A DNA stretch of 64,000 bases from assembly GCA_021803035.1 (NCBI GenBank), contig JAJZME010000067.1, forward strand, positions 14,236 through 78,235, read 5' to 3'. Each line of letters opens with the position of its first letter. Within the stretch, counting starts at the first letter, position 1. The notes beneath the pieces were generated by a model. The model was not told the origin of the DNA, did no database searches, and was given only the letters and a program-made list of their open reading frames with translations. The DNA is from Acidobacteriota bacterium. GTDB lineage: Bacteria; Acidobacteriota; Terriglobia; Terriglobales; Acidobacteriaceae. Made by a program: the position numbers and the translations under genes. Shown piece by piece: positions 60,065 through 64,000 of the stretch.

Positions 60065-60466
60065 TTGCGTCAACGCGGCAAACTGACGGCAGGCTTCACG
60101 CTCATCGAGCTGATGATCGTGATGGCCATTATTGGCATTCTGGCCACGCTGGCCATCCCCAGCTATGTGACCGCCATCAAGCACGCGCGCGAGGCAGTGC
60201 TGCGAGATGACCTGCAAGTGATGCGTACGGCGATCCAGTCCTACACCATGGACAAGGAAAAAGCGCCCCAGTCGCTGCACTCTCTTGTCCGCAGCGGCTA
60301 TCTGCGCGCCATTCCCGTCGATCCCATGACCCACAGCGCCGATACCTGGGTCACCAGCAGCAGTCAGGATATGTACTCGCTGGAACAAACCGAGCCGGGC
60401 ATCGACAACGTTCACTCCGGCAGCGATGAGATTGGCACAAACGGCAAGCCGTATTCGAGCTGGTAA
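60065..60466 (+). CDS. GspG-like type II secretion pseudopilin
   Basis: TTG start. Prepilin motif G|FTLIELMIVMAIIGILATLAIP. It also has LQVMRTAIQSYTMDK...P.SL..LVRSGYLRAIPVDPMT and the C-terminal YSSW. Confidence 0.8.
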   Translation: MRQRGKLTAGFTLIELMIVMAIIGILATLAIPSYVTAIKHAREAVLRDDLQVMRTAIQSYTMDKEKAPQSLHSLVRSGYLRAIPVDPMTHSADTWVTSSSQDMYSLEQTEPGIDNVHSGSDEIGTNGKPYSSW

Positions 60467-60618
60467 ATTCACAATCCGGCAGCGCAGGATTCCGCATCGT
60501 ACTTGGTATCCTCGCCCTAGATGTTCGCCCCGCCGGGCCGCTGCCACCGAGGTATAAACATACAACCCGTCCGGCGCCCGAGCCGTGCTCCGCGGCGGAT
60601 TGAAACCCGGGAGGGCCC

Positions 60619-61464
60619 TTGCCGATTCTCGATCCAATGGAGATGGATCCCAAGCTAGGCGACTTTGTATTCTCGGTTTGCGCCGACCGTTTCTACACTG
60701 CGCTGCTGCCCTTCGCACAGCCGGATTCCGGGCCGGACGGCGAGGGCGGGTTGGGTGGCCGCTTTCTCTACGCCGGCGAGCTGGACGACGAGGGCCGCGC
60801 CCTGCTGGTGGCTGCCAATGTGCTTGGCGCCGCCTCGCTGACCGTTACCGCCGATCCTGCCATGCAGCGCAGCGCCATTCGCGACGGTGTAGCGGATTTT
60901 CTGGTGAACACGCTGGACGAGGCGCTGCGCATTCTCAAGAACCAGGTCCGCAAGCGCCAGGCGGTGGCCGTCTGCCTGGCCGCCAAGCCGCAAGCCGTGA
61001 CACGGCAGATGGAGGAACGCGGCGTGCAGCCGGATCTTGTCGTCTACGGGCTTTCCGGTCTGGCGCGCTTTCCGGCCTGCTTCCAGGCGCGCGCGCGCCG
61101 CGTGGAGCACGCAGGTCCTGCGGCGGACCGCTCTGTGGTGATGTGGGCGGCCGAGACCGCCGCGCCAATCTGGCTGCCCAAGCTGGATGCATTGGCCTTG
61201 CGCTGCGTCGATCCGCAGGCGCGGCCCGGCGAATGGGCGGCCCGGCGCTGGCTGCGGCTGGCTCCGCGCTACTTTGGCCGACTGGCGGAAGGCCGGCGCA
61301 TTGTTTCCTGCCAGGTGGCGGCGGCACAGCGGATCTTCGAAGCGGTGCAGGCCGCCGTCCGGCGCGGTGAGATCGGCGTTCCGGTGTGGATCGGCATGAG
61401 CAGCCTGGCCGGCACGCAGTCGGCCCATGCCAACCCGCCGGCGGCGGAGAAAATCGCGGACTGA
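60619..61464 (+). CDS. Hypothetical protein with two segments resembling urocanate hydratase (collapsed urocanase-like)
   Basis: GRFLYAGELDDEGRALLVAANVLGAASLTV...LDEALRIL....AVAVCLAA.......ERGVQPDLV parallels the HutU NAD-domain block (KWVLTAGLGGMGGAQPLAA..AGA..L......LD.AL........A.SI.L.GNAA....ELV.RGV.PD.VTDQTS). RRWLRLA......G.R.......A..I...V....RRGEIGVPVWIG parallels the HutU segment HRWLDMA...GLPARI.W......A....N..VRSGEL.APVVIGRDH. Both comparisons rely on recalled sequence. Confidence 0.5.
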   Translation: MPILDPMEMDPKLGDFVFSVCADRFYTALLPFAQPDSGPDGEGGLGGRFLYAGELDDEGRALLVAANVLGAASLTVTADPAMQRSAIRDGVADFLVNTLDEALRILKNQVRKRQAVAVCLAAKPQAVTRQMEERGVQPDLVVYGLSGLARFPACFQARARRVEHAGPAADRSVVMWAAETAAPIWLPKLDALALRCVDPQARPGEWAARRWLRLAPRYFGRLAEGRRIVSCQVAAAQRIFEAVQAAVRRGEIGVPVWIGMSSLAGTQSAHANPPAAEKIAD

Positions 61465-61570
61465 TCGGCAGAAGTCGCGCGGCCACGTTCCGGCGAGTTT
61501 GCTCGCCATGGAAGAGGCTTCAGTTTGAACGAGAATGTACTTGGGGAGCTTCAAGAGGACACGAGCAGGC

Positions 61571-61708
61571 ATGACAGAGGAGCGAAGTTCTCAAGACGCC
61601 GAAGAGATCCAACGGCCCAGTGGGCTTCTCTACCACTACACGGGCCAGAAGGGGCTTTTAGGAATTCTTGAGAGCAAAAGCGTCTGGGCCATACACGTAC
61701 GATACCTG
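61571..61708 (+). pseudogene. Possible N-terminal fragment of a DUF2971-family gene
   Basis: The 46 codons ...GLLYHYTGQKGLLGILESKSVWAIHVRYL match the characteristic DUF2971 opening (lYHYT....l..IL.s..lw.s....lND). The reading frame then runs into the 3' end of engB with no further similarity. The local GC is lower than in the flanks. Confidence 0.35.
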
Positions 61709-61745
61709 ATCTCTGTGTCCAAACCGCCATACCGGGCCACAACTC

Positions 61746-62327
61746 TCATCCTGCCGCTTCCACCCGCGCCCAAAGCTCCTTGATCCCATAGCCGGTCTTG
61801 GCGGAGACGGGCAGGATCTTTTCCACTTCCAGGCCCTTTTTCAGATCCGCCAGGTTGCGGGTGCGGCCGTTGCCGCTGAGCCGGTCCACCTTGGTGGCCA
61901 CCACGACAAATTCGCGGCCAGCGGCGCGGAGCCAGTCCAGTAACTGCCGGTCGCTGGGCCGGGTGGGCACGTTTGCGTCCACTAGACATACGCACAGTGC
62001 CAGCGTCTCGCGCTGGGCAAGATAGGGGTCGATGAACCGGGGCCACTCGGCGGAGATCGACTTTGAGATCTTGGCGTAGCCGTAGCCGGGCAGGTCCGCG
62101 AAGAGCATGCGGCGGCGGCCAGCCTGATCCAGGAGCGCGAAGAAGTTGATGGCCCGCGTTCGCCCCGGCGTGGACGAAACCTTGGCCGCCTTTTCGCCTA
62201 CCAGCGCGTTGAGCAGGCTCGATTTGCCCACATTCGAGCGGCCCAGGAAGGCTATCTCCGGCGCGGCCGGTGCAGGGAATTGCGCCGCCGCCGTGGCCGA
62301 AAGCAGAAATTGAGCGGTATATCGCAT
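61746..62327 (-). CDS. engB: Ribosome-biogenesis GTPase EngB/YsxC/YihA
   Basis: Start trimmed to the ATG at 62327 (the track start is TTG). PEIAFLGRSNVGKSSLLNAL, PGRTRAINFF, DLPGYGYA, TKVDRL. Confidence 0.92.
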   Translation of the reverse strand: MRYTAQFLLSATAAAQFPAPAAPEIAFLGRSNVGKSSLLNALVGEKAAKVSSTPGRTRAINFFALLDQAGRRRMLFADLPGYGYAKISKSISAEWPRFIDPYLAQRETLALCVCLVDANVPTRPSDRQLLDWLRAAGREFVVVATKVDRLSGNGRTRNLADLKKGLEVEKILPVSAKTGYGIKELWARVEAAG

Positions 62328-62601
62328 GATGGGTGCGTCGGCCGGGGCGATGCGCTCCGGCCGCTGTGGAAATTTTACCGGCCAGGGCCACAAAAGGCCG
62401 CACCACCGCCCAAATTGCGCAGATTCAAGGCATTATGCAACACGAAATTGGGCGCAACTTTTCCGTTACACTTTCCGCGCATTTGCATCCAATATTTCAA
62501 GTTGAAGCGGCCGGATCCGGATGCCGCTGAACGGCTTCCCTGCTTCTGCATCGCTGCACCCCTCTTGCCCTGGTTTCATTTCAGGTCCATGAGGTGACTC
62601 G

Positions 62602-63192
62602 ATGAAATTGAAGCTTACTCTTTTGCTTCTGCTGACAATGGAACTGGCCATTCCCACTCGGCTCAGCGCACAAACCACTCCCGTAGACAATCACGCGCCG
62701 GGCTTTGAGCTTTTCGGCGGCTACTCCTACATCTTCAAGCCCTACGACCGCACCAATCTGACCCCCTTTAGCGGCGGCACGAGCGGCTGGGACGCATCGC
62801 TGCGGGTTCCGGTCCCTATCTTCGGCTCGTGGCTGGGCGTCAAGGGCGACGTCTCCGGTTTCTACCGCTCCGACCAGCCAAATTTCAATCCCCACTCCTA
62901 TTTCTTTCTGCTCGGTCCACAAGTCTCGCTGCACCTGGGCAAATCCACGGTGTTTGCGGACGGGCTGGTAGGCAGTTCGCACCTGAACAACTCGGCTCTG
63001 CCCAATCTGCGGTCCGCCTCAACCCTCGCGGTTGCCGTCGACGGAGGCGTCGATATTGGCTTGACGCGTGCGTGGGCGTGGCGGGTCATGGCCGGGTACT
63101 ATAACACCAACTATCAATCCACCAACCACAACGTCAGCGAGATTACGAACTCGAATGTTCGTATTAGCGTGGGACCGGTGTTTCGCTTCTGA
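62602..63192 (+). CDS. Small outer-membrane beta-barrel protein (OmpA-N/OMP_b-brl-like)
   Basis: Signal peptide ending LSAQ. It has eight-strand-like alternating segments (FELFGGYSYIF ...), and the terminal strand VRISVGPVFRF ends in Phe. GAGGTG lies upstream. Confidence 0.7.
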   Translation: MKLKLTLLLLLTMELAIPTRLSAQTTPVDNHAPGFELFGGYSYIFKPYDRTNLTPFSGGTSGWDASLRVPVPIFGSWLGVKGDVSGFYRSDQPNFNPHSYFFLLGPQVSLHLGKSTVFADGLVGSSHLNNSALPNLRSASTLAVAVDGGVDIGLTRAWAWRVMAGYYNTNYQSTNHNVSEITNSNVRISVGPVFRF

Positions 63193-63295
63193 TAATGTTT
63201 TTCCGCCGGGATACCGATTCTTTTCGCGCTCCGCGGCCGCGGACTTTGAAAAGCTGCCCCCAGAGCTGGCCTGAGAGTCCATGTACCATCGATGC

Positions 63296-64000
63296 ATGGC
63301 GCTGGTTGAGGTTAGCTCTGTCTGGAAGTCCTATCCGCGGCGCGTGGGTTTGCGCACCGAGGAGCGCACGGTCGTCGCGGACGTTTCGCTGACCATCGAG
63401 GCGGGCGAAACCCTGGGTCTGGTCGGCGAATCGGGCTCGGGCAAAACCACGCTGGCGCGCATGATTCTCGGCCTCGTGGCGCCAACCCGCGGCACCATCC
63501 GTATCGACGGCGAGGACATCACGCGAGCGTCGGCGCGCAAACTGCGCCAACTGCGCCGCCAGATGCAGCCGGTGTTTCAGGATCCTTATGCCGCGCTCAA
63601 CCCGCGCATGAGCGTATTCCAGATTGTCACCGAGCCGCTGGTAATTCACCGCCGCGCCACCGGCCTCAACGCGGGGCTGAATCCGCGCAAGCGCCGCGCC
63701 GCCCTGCGCGCCAGGGCCGTTGAACTGCTGACGGAAGTCGGCCTCGACGAAACCGCGCTCAACCGCCATCCGCACGAGTTCTCAGGCGGCCAGCGGCAGC
63801 GCATCAATATCGCTCGCGCGCTGGCGCTGCGCCCGCGGCTGCTGATCCTCGACGAGCCGGTTTCCGCGCTCGACGTGAGCGTGGGCGCGCAGATTGTGAA
63901 TCTGCTGCGCCACCTGCAGCGCGAATACGGACTTACCTACCTGTTCATCTCGCACGCCATGCCGCTGGTGCGCTACCTGAGCACGCGCATCGCCGTGATG
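63296..64000 (+). CDS. ABC transporter ATP-binding protein (peptide/nickel DppF/OppF-type), 3' partial at window edge
   Basis: Translated by hand: [16 protein letters not shown]...[19 protein letters not shown] (Walker A) ... [17 protein letters not shown] (signature) ... [12 protein letters not shown] (Walker B). The alternative start at 63281 is in frame. The ORF runs off the window. Confidence 0.88.
   Translation, partial: MALVEVSSVWKSYPRRVGLRTEERTVVADVSLTIEAGETLGLVGESGSGKTTLARMILGLVAPTRGTIRIDGEDITRASARKLRQLRRQMQPVFQDPYAALNPRMSVFQIVTEPLVIHRRATGLNAGLNPRKRRAALRARAVELLTEVGLDETALNRHPHEFSGGQRQRINIARALALRPRLLILDEPVSALDVSVGAQIVNLLRHLQREYGLTYLFISHAMPLVRYLSTRIAVM

Noticed and set aside
62440-62530. 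Possible third, degenerate copy of the intergenic repeat upstream of engB (GGATCCGG...GAAAT...ATGCAAA...GGAAAAG on the minus strand).
   Set aside because: Hand alignment gives only about 55-60% identity with many gaps, which cannot be told apart from chance without a statistical search.
63230-63243. Perfect 14-bp palindrome TCCGCGGCCGCGGA flanked by CTTTTC/GAAAAG as a terminator between the OMP and ABC genes.
   Set aside because: There is no U-tract, and the effective stem is only 5 bp with a 4-nt loop plus a distant outer pair. It could be a weak hairpin or chance in GC-rich DNA, so it is not reported as a feature.

Overview
This is a high-GC bacterial chromosomal segment. The protein set (many AQQ-type signal peptides, winged-helix+TPR regulators, GspG-like orphans, DUF481/DUF3617/DUF4254-like proteins) suggests Acidobacteriota/Terriglobia, but that is inference only, since no search was possible. 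I support about 58 protein genes, one tRNA-Lys(UUU), one IS4-family transposase remnant and one small gene fragment. The content is mostly core. It includes the ribosomal operons rplM-rpsI and rpsB-tsf-pyrH, plus eno, smpB, engB, rlmN, lolA, ihf, galT, malQ and manA. There are three metabolic or accessory modules. (1) 42.1-49.6 kb holds a Tat-exported xanthine-dehydrogenase/PaoABC-like molybdoenzyme (2Fe-2S, Moco and FAD subunits), translationally coupled to a membrane cytochrome b. An unknown helical protein, an IscU-like scaffold and convergent xdhC and mocA maturation genes sit beside it. (2) 49.7-55.5 kb holds a galactarate/glucarate-type catabolic cluster (garR-, garL-, MFS-, GntR/FadR- and garD-like genes). 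(3) 57.1-60.5 kb holds a TPR-secretin-cohesin fusion gene followed by two GspG-type pseudopilins, with no ATPase or platform gene in the window. The most unusual non-genic signal is a pair of paralogous intergenic elements of about 350-500 bp (63..410 and 23860..24355). They lie in inverted orientation, are conserved at the nucleotide level rather than the protein level, and each carries two GAAATTNNCTGCAAA sub-motifs. Other oddities are a 281-aa ORF that looks like a collapsed urocanase, an orphan BcsQ-like ATPase with a long low-complexity N-terminus, a 5'-truncated IS4 transposase next to smpB, a DUF2971-like N-terminal fragment, and a structured 135-nt rplM-rpsI spacer. No CRISPR array, rRNA, tmRNA, prophage or recognisable defence system was seen. 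All family assignments come from motif recognition by eye. The supplied ORF track also uses GTG and TTG starts, so I adjusted several starts by hand, and they remain uncertain.
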